IMG/VR virus record: IMGVR_UViG_3300044684_000161
Span: 26,103-90,102 of that record
From: a virus
DNA length: 64,000 bases
Strand: one strand, 5' to 3'
The notes under the pieces: model-generated
Databases searched by the model: none
Told to the model about the DNA's origin: nothing
The model's input: the letters and a program-made list of their open reading frames with translations, nothing else
Part shown: positions 10,107 to 20,024 of the stretch, one piece after another
Layout of the letters: the number at the start of each line of letters is the position of its first letter
Numbering within the stretch: the stretch's first letter is position 1
Program-made: the position numbers and the translations under genes

Positions 10107-10667
10107 ATGCCTGCGCATGAGCATTTGATGAAGTCGACGATCATCGAGGACGAGTACTTCCCCGATCATCCGCCGCGTACCGAGTCTGCGATATTCCGGC
10201 ACACCAAAGCTGAAGGCCATAAGGCCGGACTGCGATGCGCGATCAGCGGCCATCAAGATGGCGTCGAGTATCATCACGTCTTTTGCGAATGGGCGGACGC
10301 TGACGCCGTATGCTGGCACACCGTCAAGGGCATCGCGACGGGCGAAGTCACCGAACTTCCCATTTTGGACCTTTCCACGGATCAGCCCACGGAAAAGATG
10401 GCGCCCGTCGAAGGATTCCTCATCTATTCGATCATCAAGATCACCGAGGCGCGCGGCTTCGACTGGCGTGCCTTCGATCCAGACAAGCCCGAGCAGTTCA
10501 TCGACAGCCCGCAGAACATGCTCGTGCTGCACGAGAAATTCCACCGCGCCAAGGATCACGGCATCCACATGCGCACGGGTCCGACCTTCATGTTTCAGGC
10601 GTTTCCGCGCAAGGACGGCTTCGTGTTCACGCCGGATGAAATGGCCGGATATACAAAAAGTGCGTGA
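10107..10667 (+). CDS. His/Cys-rich hypothetical protein, HNH-like
   Basis: RCAISG...EYHH...NMLVLHEKFH...GIH. Confidence 0.55.
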   Translation: MPAHEHLMKSTIIEDEYFPDHPPRTESAIFRHTKAEGHKAGLRCAISGHQDGVEYHHVFCEWADADAVCWHTVKGIATGEVTELPILDLSTDQPTEKMAPVEGFLIYSIIKITEARGFDWRAFDPDKPEQFIDSPQNMLVLHEKFHRAKDHGIHMRTGPTFMFQAFPRKDGFVFTPDEMAGYTKSA

Positions 10668-10689
10668 TGAAGATCGCGCGGCGGCGTGG

Positions 10690-10710
10690 TCGTGACGCGA
10701 CACTCCATCC
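10690..10710 (+). promoter_or_regulatory. Late promoter TCGTGAC-GC-GACACT, leaderless
   Basis: ATG 6 nt after -10 box; no SD. Confidence 0.78.
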
Positions 10711-11604
10711 ATGATGAACGATAGCGATTTGCTCGCTTCTTGCCCTGACTATTTGAGTATCGGGGCGATGCTCAAAGCAACGCCCATGCAGGAGGGCGGG
10801 AAGCGCATCGTCTACATCGAGGCGAGCAATGAAGCGCTCGACCAGCAGAACGAAGTCGTCATGCAGAAGGCTCTGCGTGATTCGGCCGATTGGTACTTGA
10901 AGTACGGGAACTTGGATATCGACCACTTCACGCAGATCGGCGCGAAGGCCGGCATACCTGACTACGCCACATACGAAATAGGGTTGCCGTGTGACGTGCA
11001 GTTTGCCGATGGAAAGACCTTCGTGAAGGGAGAGATTTTCAGTGGCACGGGGGCATCGGCGGACAAAGCGAATCAGTTTTGGGGTTCGCTGACTGAAACT
11101 AATCCGCCTGCTCGTTGGTATCCGTCTGTCGGCGGAAGCGTGCTCGAGAAATCGGTCGAGATCGATCCCGGGACGAACACGCGCAAGGCCTTCATCAAGA
11201 AGGTGCGCTGGTCAAACATCGGTTTCAGCAAAACGCCGGTCAATCAGACTGTGCCGACGGTTGCGACGGTCCCATTCGGTGCGCTTGCGAAGAGTTGGGG
11301 TGTTGTTGGCCTGGACTTCGCCAAGGCGATCGAAGCCGGCTACGGCACGGACTCAGCCTCGCTCGAAGGCGGCGCTGCGCTGCGCGAGCAGTCACTCGAT
11401 CACGGCGTCAAAAACTACCTCGATTTCCGCGACAGGCTCGCCGACGAAATGCGCAAGGGTGTCGTCGGCAAGAACCCGGGCCTACAGGATCTCGTCAAGC
11501 ATTGCGTCAAGAAATTCAGTCTGTCGCTCGACGAAGCGGCCGAGTGGGTAGAGCGCTTCGCGCGCGATTTGAAAACTGGTCTTAACCAACGGAGTAAGCC
11601 ATGA
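10711..11604 (+). CDS. Prohead protease
   Basis: ASNEALDQQNEVV, DIDH, SVGG, TPVN motifs; upstream of scaffold and capsid. Confidence 0.75.
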   Translation: MMNDSDLLASCPDYLSIGAMLKATPMQEGGKRIVYIEASNEALDQQNEVVMQKALRDSADWYLKYGNLDIDHFTQIGAKAGIPDYATYEIGLPCDVQFADGKTFVKGEIFSGTGASADKANQFWGSLTETNPPARWYPSVGGSVLEKSVEIDPGTNTRKAFIKKVRWSNIGFSKTPVNQTVPTVATVPFGALAKSWGVVGLDFAKAIEAGYGTDSASLEGGAALREQSLDHGVKNYLDFRDRLADEMRKGVVGKNPGLQDLVKHCVKKFSLSLDEAAEWVERFARDLKTGLNQRSKP

Positions 11605-12239
11605 GTTTTGAACAACTGCTCTCCGAGATTCAGGAACTGAGCTCGGAACAGGAAACCATGAGCAAGGCACTCCCGGCGGAAGACGGCAAGGACGACAAGA
11701 TCCAAGCCGCCGCTGCGGATGGCGGCGACATGGATGGTGCCGGAAACGGCGAAGGTGACGGCGCGACCGACGACGGCGCAGGTTTGGGTGAGGGCGAGCA
11801 GATGGGCAAATCGCTCGGCACCGTAACGCTCGCGGACGGTTCGCAGGTCGAAGGCATCGACGGCACCGAACTCGTCAAGTCGCTGATGACGCGCGTCGAG
11901 ACGAGCGAGGATCAAATGCACAAGGCGCTCGAGGGCGCGCTCGGCCTGATCAAGTCCCAGAGCGCAATGCTCAAGTCGCTGACCGAGCAAGTCGGCAAGC
12001 TCTCGAACGCCGGTCGCGGCCGCAAGACGGCTGTGACGGTGCACGACAAGGTTGGCGCTGGCGCCACGATGGCGAAGTCGGAGCCGAGCGGCATGAAGCC
12101 CGAGGAGTTCTTGAGCAAGGCGCTGAGCGCGCAAGCAGCAGGAAGGATTCGCGGTCACGAGGTCGCGATGATCGAGAACTACGTGAACCGAGGCATGACG
12201 GTTCCCGAAGCGCTCGTGAACAAAGTAGTCGGTCAGTAA
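11601..12239 (+). CDS. Scaffold/internal head protein
   Basis: Between protease and capsid; helical and acidic; eight hydrophobic-x-K[AS] motifs. Confidence 0.65.
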   Translation: MSFEQLLSEIQELSSEQETMSKALPAEDGKDDKIQAAAADGGDMDGAGNGEGDGATDDGAGLGEGEQMGKSLGTVTLADGSQVEGIDGTELVKSLMTRVETSEDQMHKALEGALGLIKSQSAMLKSLTEQVGKLSNAGRGRKTAVTVHDKVGAGATMAKSEPSGMKPEEFLSKALSAQAAGRIRGHEVAMIENYVNRGMTVPEALVNKVVGQ

Positions 12240-12278
12240 CGGGCCGCCGGTCATTTCTCAACCAGGGAACACGAAACC

Positions 12279-13745
12279 ATGTTGAACCCGAATATGTTTC
12301 CCCAAATCGCCGGCGGTGCGTCCATCACCGGCCAGTTGGGATTGGATGCGGTCGAAGAGCTCAACAAAGCTCTGACGGCCGGCTACGGTACGGACGTTTC
12401 GACGTTCACCGGCGGTGCGGCGCTCCGTATCCAGTCGCTCGACAAGACGATGTACTCGACGATTCAGGAGAACGAGCACTTCCGTCTGTTCAACGCGCTG
12501 GTCAAGTCCAACGCGACCGCGACGGTCGATGAATGGACGGAACAGAACAGCGTCGGCGGCCGTCTCGGCGGCTCGACGAACTCGGAACTCGGTGTCGTCA
12601 ACGCCGCGCAGGGCAACTACGCTCGCCGTGTCGGTCAGGTCAAGTACCTGATGACCCGCCGCGAAGTGTCGTTCGTCGCCACGCTGGGCAACAACATCGT
12701 CGAAGCGGAAGCTGTCGAAGCTTCGAACGGCGCGCTGCAATTGCTGACGGATGCTGAATTTCTCGGCTTCGAAGGTGATTCGACGGTTGTGCCGACCGAG
12801 TTCGACGGTATCTACGCTCAGCAAGTTTCGGGCATCGCCTCGGGCGCGATCGACGGTCATCACGTGCTTGACGCCAAGGGATCGTCGCTCGCTTCAGTGA
12901 ACCTGATCAACCAAGCGGCCTCGATCATCTCTGGTTACGGCAACTTCGGTAAGCCGACGCACCTGTTCCTGTCGCAAGCCACGCAGGCGGATTTCGATAC
13001 GGGCCTTGACCCGGCATTCCGCGTGCCGCTGCCGGATGTTCCGAACGGCGGTATCTCGCTGGGTGCGCCGGTCGCCGGGATCCGCACTTCGTGGGGCAAC
13101 ATCAAGAACATGCCCGATGTGTTCGTGCGCGACCAGGATCAACTCCAGCCTTATCAGTTGATCAACTCGGCGGACGCGACGGCAAACGCTGGCCTCGCGC
13201 CGGCATCGGTGACGGTTGCGACCGCAAGCAACGTATCGAGCAACTTCGCTGCGTCGCAGGCCGGTAACTACTACTGGCTCGTCACCGGCGTGAACGCGAG
13301 CGGCGAATCGACAGGCACGATCACGGCGCAGACGGCCGTCGCCGCTGGTCAGGCAGCCACGCTGACGATCACGGCTTCGGCTGGCGGTCTGGAAACGGGC
13401 TACGCGATCTATCGCGGCCGCCTGAATGGCACGAATGCGCCGAGCGACTTCCGCTTGCAGGCTCGAGTCGGCAAGGCTGGTGCGACGACCACGTATGTCG
13501 ATCTGAACAACGACATCCCGGGCACGTCCAAGGCGTACATCCTGAACCTAGCTCCGTCTGCCGGTGCGATCACGTGGCGCCAGTTGCTGCCGATGATGAA
13601 GTTCCAGTTCTACCCGACGCAGACCGTCACGGTGCCCTGGGCTCAGTTGCTGTTCGGCTATCTGCGGCTCGCGAAGCGTCGTCACCACGTGGTCATCAAA
13701 AACATCCTTCCGGCGTCCGCGACGTGGCGCCCGTTCAACGTCTGA
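12279..13745 (+). CDS. Major capsid protein
   Basis: ELNKALTAGYGTD...GAALRIQSLD N-terminus; EFDGI motif; position. Confidence 0.85.
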   Translation: MLNPNMFPQIAGGASITGQLGLDAVEELNKALTAGYGTDVSTFTGGAALRIQSLDKTMYSTIQENEHFRLFNALVKSNATATVDEWTEQNSVGGRLGGSTNSELGVVNAAQGNYARRVGQVKYLMTRREVSFVATLGNNIVEAEAVEASNGALQLLTDAEFLGFEGDSTVVPTEFDGIYAQQVSGIASGAIDGHHVLDAKGSSLASVNLINQAASIISGYGNFGKPTHLFLSQATQADFDTGLDPAFRVPLPDVPNGGISLGAPVAGIRTSWGNIKNMPDVFVRDQDQLQPYQLINSADATANAGLAPASVTVATASNVSSNFAASQAGNYYWLVTGVNASGESTGTITAQTAVAAGQAATLTITASAGGLETGYAIYRGRLNGTNAPSDFRLQARVGKAGATTTYVDLNNDIPGTSKAYILNLAPSAGAITWRQLLPMMKFQFYPTQTVTVPWAQLLFGYLRLAKRRHHVVIKNILPASATWRPFNV

Positions 13746-13820
13746 TCTTCTGATCGGACGATAGGATAGATGAACGAAACATGGCGGCACCTCCGGGTGC
13801 CGCCCTTCAGGAGAGCCATC

Positions 13821-14084
13821 ATGGCAAAAGTCATCTGCACTCTGAAAACCGCATCGGAGCTGATCAACGGCGTGAAGTTCGTCACGCATCGTGACGGCAT
13901 GATCTCAGAAGAGATTAGCGACGACGTGGCCGCAAATTTCGCCAGCATTCCTGGATACGTCCTGGCGGACGCCGAGCAGCCTTCTGGCAAGAAGCAGGTC
14001 GGCGCGAAGGATTCCGCCAAGGCGGACGGCGCAACCCCGCCTGCTGATCCGGCCGCTGCTGGCGCGGACGCCGGCAAGAAGTGA
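13821..14084 (+). CDS. Hypothetical virion protein
   Basis: RBS GGAGAG; follows capsid gene and a hairpin at 13783-13804. Confidence 0.65.
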   Translation: MAKVICTLKTASELINGVKFVTHRDGMISEEISDDVAANFASIPGYVLADAEQPSGKKQVGAKDSAKADGATPPADPAAAGADAGKK

Positions 14085-14095
14085 GGTAACGAACC

Positions 14096-14485
14096 ATGAG
14101 TAACTTCGGAACCGGCAATGTTCAGGACGAATTGAACCGCTGCATGCCGGCTGCACGCGATGCCAAACTCGGCGATGTGCTGAACGATCTTCTGAATGCC
14201 GTGAACGGCATTGGCGGCACTGTGGTCGCTGTTACAATGACGGCCGCAGGCACCGGCTACACCAGCGCACCGACGGTAGCCTTCACAGGTGGCGGCGGAT
14301 CGGGTGCGACCGGCGTCGCAATTTTGAGCGGTACCACTGTCGCAGCGGTAGTCATTACCAACCCGGGCAGCGGATACACGAGCGCGCCGACGGTTGGTTT
14401 CAGCGGAGGTGCCGGATCCGGCGCAGCAGCGACTGCGGTCGTATCGTCCGCACACGCATTGCTTGGGCTGAACAACCGCTCGTAA
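14096..14485 (+). CDS. Head decoration/fibre protein with GSGYTSAPTV repeats
   Basis: Two GxGYTSAPTVxFxGGxGSGA repeats; RBS GAGG. Confidence 0.7.
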   Translation: MSNFGTGNVQDELNRCMPAARDAKLGDVLNDLLNAVNGIGGTVVAVTMTAAGTGYTSAPTVAFTGGGGSGATGVAILSGTTVAAVVITNPGSGYTSAPTVGFSGGAGSGAAATAVVSSAHALLGLNNRS

Positions 14486-14512
14486 GTCACGGCGGGGATC
14501 TCCACCTCGAAG

Positions 14513-14550
14513 CCGCCGCCGGGGCACGCTCCGCGCGGCGGTTTTTTCTT
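14513..14550 (+). terminator. Intrinsic terminator
   Basis: CCGCCGC...GCGGCGG stem followed by TTTTTTCTTT. Confidence 0.7.
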
Positions 14551-14565
14551 TGAAGCAAGACGACC

Positions 14566-15681
14566 ATGACGACCATCATCGCCGGTCAAGCGGCCCAGTT
14601 CACAGTCACGGTGCAGGTCGACGGTGCGCCCGTTGCAATCAATTCGAGCGCGACCGTCAATGCGCAGCTATTCACGATCAACGGGCTGCAGTCGCTCACT
14701 CCGATAGAAGCGTGTAGCAGTAATGCAACCGGCGCGAATTGGACAGCCGGCGTGGTCGCTGTTGCATTCACGGCCAACGATACGGCCACCATTACGACCG
14801 GACCCGCACTGCTCGTTCTCACGATCTCCAATCCGGCGCTCGTGCGACGGTTCAAGATCAATGTCGAGACGGCGACGGGACCCACGCAGTCGACGCTCTT
14901 CATCAAGGATGTCGTTGTCGAGGAACTGCGCGCCGACCAGCTACTGCTTGCTGCACAGAACTATTTTTCGGGCGTCACACTGACGGACGACTACATTTGG
15001 GAAAAGGTCGTCGCTGCTGAATCGCAGATCAAGCACACGCTGCGCGTGCCGCTCGTGCCGACACAGTTCTTCGCCTACACTCCGACTACTCCAGAGGACA
15101 TTGCGCTTGAGCAGCCTGGCGTGCCGATCGATATCGATCCCGCCTACGATTACGACCCAGAGTTCTTTCAGGGCGAGAAGTGGGGCTTCATCGTCACCCG
15201 CCAGAAGCCTGTGCAAAGCGTGCAGCGCATGCGCTTTGCCTATCCTGCGCCATCGAATCTGTTCTTCGACATTCCTCTGGACTGGATCCGCCTCGACCAG
15301 AAGTACGGCCACATCCGTCTCGTGCCGGCCACATCCGCATTCTCTGCGCCGCTTTCAGCCTTCATGATGCAGGCTCTCGGCGGCGGCCGCACTATCCCGT
15401 TCATGATCCAGTTGACCTATATCGCCGGCATTCAGAACGCGTGGACGACCTACCCGGAACTGATCGACGTGATCAAGAAGCAGGCAGTGCTAAAGGTCGT
15501 TGAGGACGGCTTCCTGCCTCAGTCGGGATCAATCAGCGCTGACGGCTTGTCGCAATCGATGAGCGTCGACATGGAAAAGTATCGTGACACGATCGACTCT
15601 ATCCTGAACGGTCCGAAGGGCTCGAACGGTGGACTGATGACCTCAATCCACGGCGTGCGCAACACGATCATGGGATGGTGA
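14566..15681 (+). CDS. Head-tail adaptor/neck protein with N-terminal beta domain
   Basis: SGSISADGLSQS motif; position. Confidence 0.65.
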   Translation: MTTIIAGQAAQFTVTVQVDGAPVAINSSATVNAQLFTINGLQSLTPIEACSSNATGANWTAGVVAVAFTANDTATITTGPALLVLTISNPALVRRFKINVETATGPTQSTLFIKDVVVEELRADQLLLAAQNYFSGVTLTDDYIWEKVVAAESQIKHTLRVPLVPTQFFAYTPTTPEDIALEQPGVPIDIDPAYDYDPEFFQGEKWGFIVTRQKPVQSVQRMRFAYPAPSNLFFDIPLDWIRLDQKYGHIRLVPATSAFSAPLSAFMMQALGGGRTIPFMIQLTYIAGIQNAWTTYPELIDVIKKQAVLKVVEDGFLPQSGSISADGLSQSMSVDMEKYRDTIDSILNGPKGSNGGLMTSIHGVRNTIMGW

Positions 15682-15682
15682 G

Positions 15683-16333
15683 ATGCGACTAAATCCCAAA
15701 GCTTTCGACGCATGGCTCGGCGGCAACATCGGCCAGTCGTTTCTCTGGCGCAAAGCCTATCGATGCCCGTGCGTCAATCTCAATTCGGGCGCCGCGACGC
15801 CCGGGTGCCCGCAGTGCGGCGGAAAGTCATGGCTCTGGACCGCGACGGCGACGCCGGGCTCGGCTGGCATGAGTGGGCAGCAGATCCAAATGCGATGGGC
15901 CCAGATGGGGCTGTGGGAGGATGGCGACGCAGTGGTCACCATCCACGAGTCATCGCCGCTTTACGAGATGGGTCAATTCGACCGCGTAACGATGCTGAAC
16001 AGCACGGATTATTTCTCGCTGCCGTTGGTTCACGGCGGATCGGAGGAGAAGCTGTTCGAGCCGATCGAGAAGATCACGCGCGTATTCTGGCTTGACGTGA
16101 ACAAGAACATCGTTGAGGGCGGCATACCGATGGTGAACTCGGACGGTACGCTGACGTGGTCGAGCGGAGCGCCGCCATCCGGTACGACCTACAGTATCAC
16201 CGGAACGCGCTACAGCCAGTACTTTTGCTGGGGGCGCTACCCGTCCGATCGCAACGAGCATTTCGGCGCGCGACTGCCTAAGCGCGTCGTGTTGCGCCGG
16301 TTCGATTTGTTCGGGCGCGACGCGCCGAACTAG
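15683..16333 (+). CDS. Neck/head-closure protein with Cys cluster
   Basis: CPC...CPQCGG; neck-region position. Confidence 0.6.
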   Translation: MRLNPKAFDAWLGGNIGQSFLWRKAYRCPCVNLNSGAATPGCPQCGGKSWLWTATATPGSAGMSGQQIQMRWAQMGLWEDGDAVVTIHESSPLYEMGQFDRVTMLNSTDYFSLPLVHGGSEEKLFEPIEKITRVFWLDVNKNIVEGGIPMVNSDGTLTWSSGAPPSGTTYSITGTRYSQYFCWGRYPSDRNEHFGARLPKRVVLRRFDLFGRDAPN

Positions 16334-17139
16334 CCGAGCGTGCGCTTCATTGCTTCGCCGAAGGCCTCTTCGGCGATCGGCTGCATGTCGTCGGCCGTCT
16401 TCTTCGCCAGATAGAGCCCTGGCTGCGCTGGAATGATCCAGCCCGGGGACCCTTCCACCATCGTGCGGAACGTAAGATACACGCTACTCCGTGCACCGCC
16501 CGGAGTCGTCGTGTCGAACCGATACATGCCTTGATGAATTCGCTTCGCGTTCGGCGCCTTTTCGAAGTTGCCGACCTTCATGAAGTCGAGACGACCGCCC
16601 CAAGAATACACGTTCTGCGGCACCGTCAGGCGCTGCCTGGATTTGATATCGAACGCGCCAGTTCCGGATAGGCGCTGCTTCTGTCCGACGATGCTCGAGG
16701 GTGCCATTTCCTTCGCGAGTTCGTACACGTCTGGCGGCATGGATTGGCCGAGCGCGTCATTGCCGGGCGTATTGTGGCGGAACGGAATGATGAGGTAGCG
16801 CTTCCCCTTCTTCGATGTACGAACCTTCAGGCTCGTGTCGAGCATCCGCTTGAGATCGCGCGGAGGGCGTCCCGTCTCGATCTCCTCGGCGTACTTGTAG
16901 TCCGACCAGACGAGCGCAGCGAACGGTCCTGTCATCTTCATCTGGATCGACGACATGTAGGCGTCTTTCTCGCCGCTCCATAGCTTGGCTTGATAGACGG
17001 CCTGCTGCCAGTTTTGCGCTGTCGCATTTGCCATGGCGCGCACGGCCTGCGTCAGCAGCGGGAAGACCTGCTGATTGACGATATCGGATGCCGTTCCGGT
17101 GACGCCGGACAGATCGACGGAGATTTTGAACTCAGCCAT
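16330..17139 (-). CDS. Putative neck/tail-completion protein in inverted orientation
   Basis: YAEEIETG, YLIIPFRH, YLTFRTM...WIIP; own promoter motif. Confidence 0.65.
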   Translation of the reverse strand: MAEFKISVDLSGVTGTASDIVNQQVFPLLTQAVRAMANATAQNWQQAVYQAKLWSGEKDAYMSSIQMKMTGPFAALVWSDYKYAEEIETGRPPRDLKRMLDTSLKVRTSKKGKRYLIIPFRHNTPGNDALGQSMPPDVYELAKEMAPSSIVGQKQRLSGTGAFDIKSRQRLTVPQNVYSWGGRLDFMKVGNFEKAPNAKRIHQGMYRFDTTTPGGARSSVYLTFRTMVEGSPGWIIPAQPGLYLAKKTADDMQPIAEEAFGEAMKRTLG

Positions 17140-17195
17140 GACGCGATCATAGCGTCACGCCAGCGCCTATCGGTCGTGACGGCATCATCATATCC
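17140..17195. promoter_or_regulatory. Back-to-back divergent leaderless late promoters
   Basis: Minus strand GCGTGAC-GC-TATGAT-N6-ATG(17139); plus strand TCGTGAC-GG-CATCAT-N7-ATG(17196). Confidence 0.78.
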
Positions 17196-18032
17196 ATGAT
17201 CGCGATGCTGGAACCCCTATCGGTTGGCAATGCTGTCCGGGTGATTCTCAGTCCCCCGGTGGGGATGCTCTATTGGAACGTTCTGCGCAACACGACAGGG
17301 ACGTTTCCGAGCGCGACAGATCCGAATTCCGTGCTGGTCTCCCAGGGCAACGAATCATCGGTCGTAGATACGACCGGCCTCGTGAACGGCACGAAGTATT
17401 ACTACTGCGCCTTCTATTGGAATGGCTCAGTGTGGACGGCAGATACACCGGCCAGCGTCACGCCGAACGCAACCTATCAGGACGGCAGCACTGATGCACT
17501 GTCCGTGGTTCGTGATCGGCTTGCGGCAGGTTTAGCGGTAGAAATATCGCGAGGGGCGCTGACGCCTCTGTCTGGCGCAATCCAAGTTCTGACTGCGCCG
17601 CCTGTATTTCAGGACACTCGCTGGCCCGTAGTAACGGTCCATTTGCTGTCTGAAACGCCAGCCGAGCGCGCACTCGGTGAAGTCTTCCCGGCACCCGCGC
17701 AAGACATAACGGCGAGTGCACTGTGGGACGAGAGCGAAGGATGGCTCGCGCGCGTGCAACTCGCGGTGATCGGATGGTCGCAGAACCCGGACGAGCGGAT
17801 TGCGATTCGCCAAGCATTGCGGCGGCTCGTCGTCGCGAACCTGTCGGTGTTCGATTCGAAAGGAATGATCGAGATCGAGTTCACGCAACAGGACGTGGAT
17901 GCGGTGAGCGGAGAGTATCCCGCCAACGTGTATCAGTCGGCCGGTACGTTTACTTGCATGGCACCGGTCATCGTCGGCGATCAGGTCGGCGAATTCTCGG
18001 ATGTGCAAGTAACTGGAACATCGCTTCGTTGA
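17196..18032 (+). CDS. Tail terminator/completion-like protein with N-terminal FN3-like domain
   Basis: Precedes sheath; DTTGLVNGTKYYY motif. Confidence 0.55.
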   Translation: MIAMLEPLSVGNAVRVILSPPVGMLYWNVLRNTTGTFPSATDPNSVLVSQGNESSVVDTTGLVNGTKYYYCAFYWNGSVWTADTPASVTPNATYQDGSTDALSVVRDRLAAGLAVEISRGALTPLSGAIQVLTAPPVFQDTRWPVVTVHLLSETPAERALGEVFPAPAQDITASALWDESEGWLARVQLAVIGWSQNPDERIAIRQALRRLVVANLSVFDSKGMIEIEFTQQDVDAVSGEYPANVYQSAGTFTCMAPVIVGDQVGEFSDVQVTGTSLR

Positions 18033-18036
18033 GAGG

Positions 18037-18261
18037 ATGAGTATGGCGAACAAAGATACGACCGCAGTCGCGCAGGCGTCGGTCGAGAGCCCCGAAGTGA
18101 CGCTCGATGAGTTCTGTACGCGCCTGTCGGACCGCAAGGTCGACGGTCGTGTCGAACTCATCCACGGCTTCGCTTTCACCGAGCGCAAGGCGGGGCACAT
18201 CAAGGACACTGAATCGAACTTTCAGGCTCGGTTCATGGCTTACGCAAACCAACCGGTCTGA
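18037..18261 (+). CDS. Small hypothetical protein
   Basis: RBS GAGG; packed in the tail operon. Confidence 0.6.
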   Translation: MSMANKDTTAVAQASVESPEVTLDEFCTRLSDRKVDGRVELIHGFAFTERKAGHIKDTESNFQARFMAYANQPV

Positions 18262-18270
18262 GGATAAAAG

Positions 18271-20010
18271 ATGGCCTACTTCTTCAATGGTCGCCTTTGG
18301 ATCTCGCCCGCCACGATGTCGGTGGTCGACGATTCCGCAATGGCGAACCAAAATCTGAGCGTCGGCAACAACGTCGCCTATCTCGGCCTCGCGACCGGTG
18401 GTCAGCCGAACACGGTGTTGGCGTTCGGCAGCCCGCAACAGGCGCAGGCGGTTCTGCGTAGCGGCGAATTGCTGACGGCCGTCATGAAGGCTTTCTCGCC
18501 GAGTGACGAGACCGGCGGTCCGGCTACGGTGTACGCGATTCGCGTTAATCCAGCCGTGCAGGCGGCGCTGACGCTGAATGACTCGACGAGCGCGGCGGCG
18601 ATCAACCTGACCTCGGCCGACTGGGGCGCATGGACGAACCAGATCCAGGTCAAAATCCAAGCCGGTTCGGTGCAGGGTCTGCAGGCCACGACGCAGTATG
18701 GCAGCAGCTACTACACGCAGGACAACATCTACCGCAACGCGTTCTCAATCCAGTACAGCGGAGCGGCAGCATCGGCCGTCATGACGATCACGGGAACGAC
18801 GGTGACGCTGCAGGCCCCGAGCGGCACGACCGTATCGACGCTAGATCTGACGCAACTCACGACGGTCCAGTTGCTCGTGAATGCGATCAACGTCGTGCCG
18901 GGCTTCGCGGCAACGGTGCTCAACGCAAACGGTCAGACGGCTGCGCTGAACGGTCTCGACTACGTGACCAATCAGGACGTGAAGACGGCGCTTTACACGG
19001 CCACCGCGAACCTCCAGGCGCTCATCGACTGGTTCAATGGCCCGTCTCAAGGGTATGTGACGGCAGCGCGCGCGACGAACGCCGGTAAGGTGCCGGTTGC
19101 GATCCCGTTCACGCCGCTGGCTGGCGGTTCCGATGGCACGACGACCAATACCAACTGGTCCAACGCGTTCACCACGCTCCAGAGCGCGGACGTGCAGTGG
19201 CTCACGCCGATCACTGGCGATCAGTCGATCGTCGCGATGGCGGATGCGCACGCGCAGTACATGTCGTCTACCGGCCGCATGGAACGGCGCGCTATCTGCG
19301 GCACTGTGCTCGGTACGACGGACTCAACGGCCGAAACGGACGCGCTTGCCATCAACAGCGATCGCACGTCGCTCGTGCATATCGGGTACTACGACTACGA
19401 CATCACGAATCAGGTGACGGGCCTGCAGTTGTATTCACCGTACCTGACGGCGGCGATTATCGCCGCGATGTTCGCCGGTTCGAATCCCGGGACGCCGATG
19501 ACGAACAAGTCGATGTCGGTCCGTGGGCTTGAGCGAAAATTGCGCAATCCGACAGACACCGATCCGCTGATCCTGGCTGGCGTGCTACCGGTCGAAGCGA
19601 CGAAGACGGGCTACAAGGTCGTCAAGTCGATTTCGACCTGGCTGAACAACAAGAACTACAACCGCGTCGAGCAGTCGGTGGGGGCGGCACTGGACTTCAC
19701 GGTGCGCAACGTGCGCAATGCGCTCGACATCCTGCGCGGCCAGACGGCGACGTCGGTCAATATGTCGCGCGCGGTCAGCATCACGGACACGCAACTACGC
19801 CAGCTTGCGCAGCCCGCTCCGGCAGGTCCTGGCGTGCTGACTGGCGATGCTGCGAACCCGGCGTACAAGAACATCACGGCGAGCATCAATGGCGACGTGC
19901 TGGCCGTCTCGTTCCAGTGCTCTCCGGTACTGCCGATCAACTACATCCCCGTCACCGTGTTCGCGGTTCCGTTCAGCGGCACAGCGACGACGACTGCGGC
20001 TGCGGCATAA
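18271..20010 (+). CDS. Tail sheath protein
   Basis: 579 aa; SGELL, LAGGSDG, PVLPINYI motifs. Confidence 0.9.
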   Translation: MAYFFNGRLWISPATMSVVDDSAMANQNLSVGNNVAYLGLATGGQPNTVLAFGSPQQAQAVLRSGELLTAVMKAFSPSDETGGPATVYAIRVNPAVQAALTLNDSTSAAAINLTSADWGAWTNQIQVKIQAGSVQGLQATTQYGSSYYTQDNIYRNAFSIQYSGAAASAVMTITGTTVTLQAPSGTTVSTLDLTQLTTVQLLVNAINVVPGFAATVLNANGQTAALNGLDYVTNQDVKTALYTATANLQALIDWFNGPSQGYVTAARATNAGKVPVAIPFTPLAGGSDGTTTNTNWSNAFTTLQSADVQWLTPITGDQSIVAMADAHAQYMSSTGRMERRAICGTVLGTTDSTAETDALAINSDRTSLVHIGYYDYDITNQVTGLQLYSPYLTAAIIAAMFAGSNPGTPMTNKSMSVRGLERKLRNPTDTDPLILAGVLPVEATKTGYKVVKSISTWLNNKNYNRVEQSVGAALDFTVRNVRNALDILRGQTATSVNMSRAVSITDTQLRQLAQPAPAGPGVLTGDAANPAYKNITASINGDVLAVSFQCSPVLPINYIPVTVFAVPFSGTATTTAAAA

Positions 20011-20024
20011 GGAGGTAACGGAAC

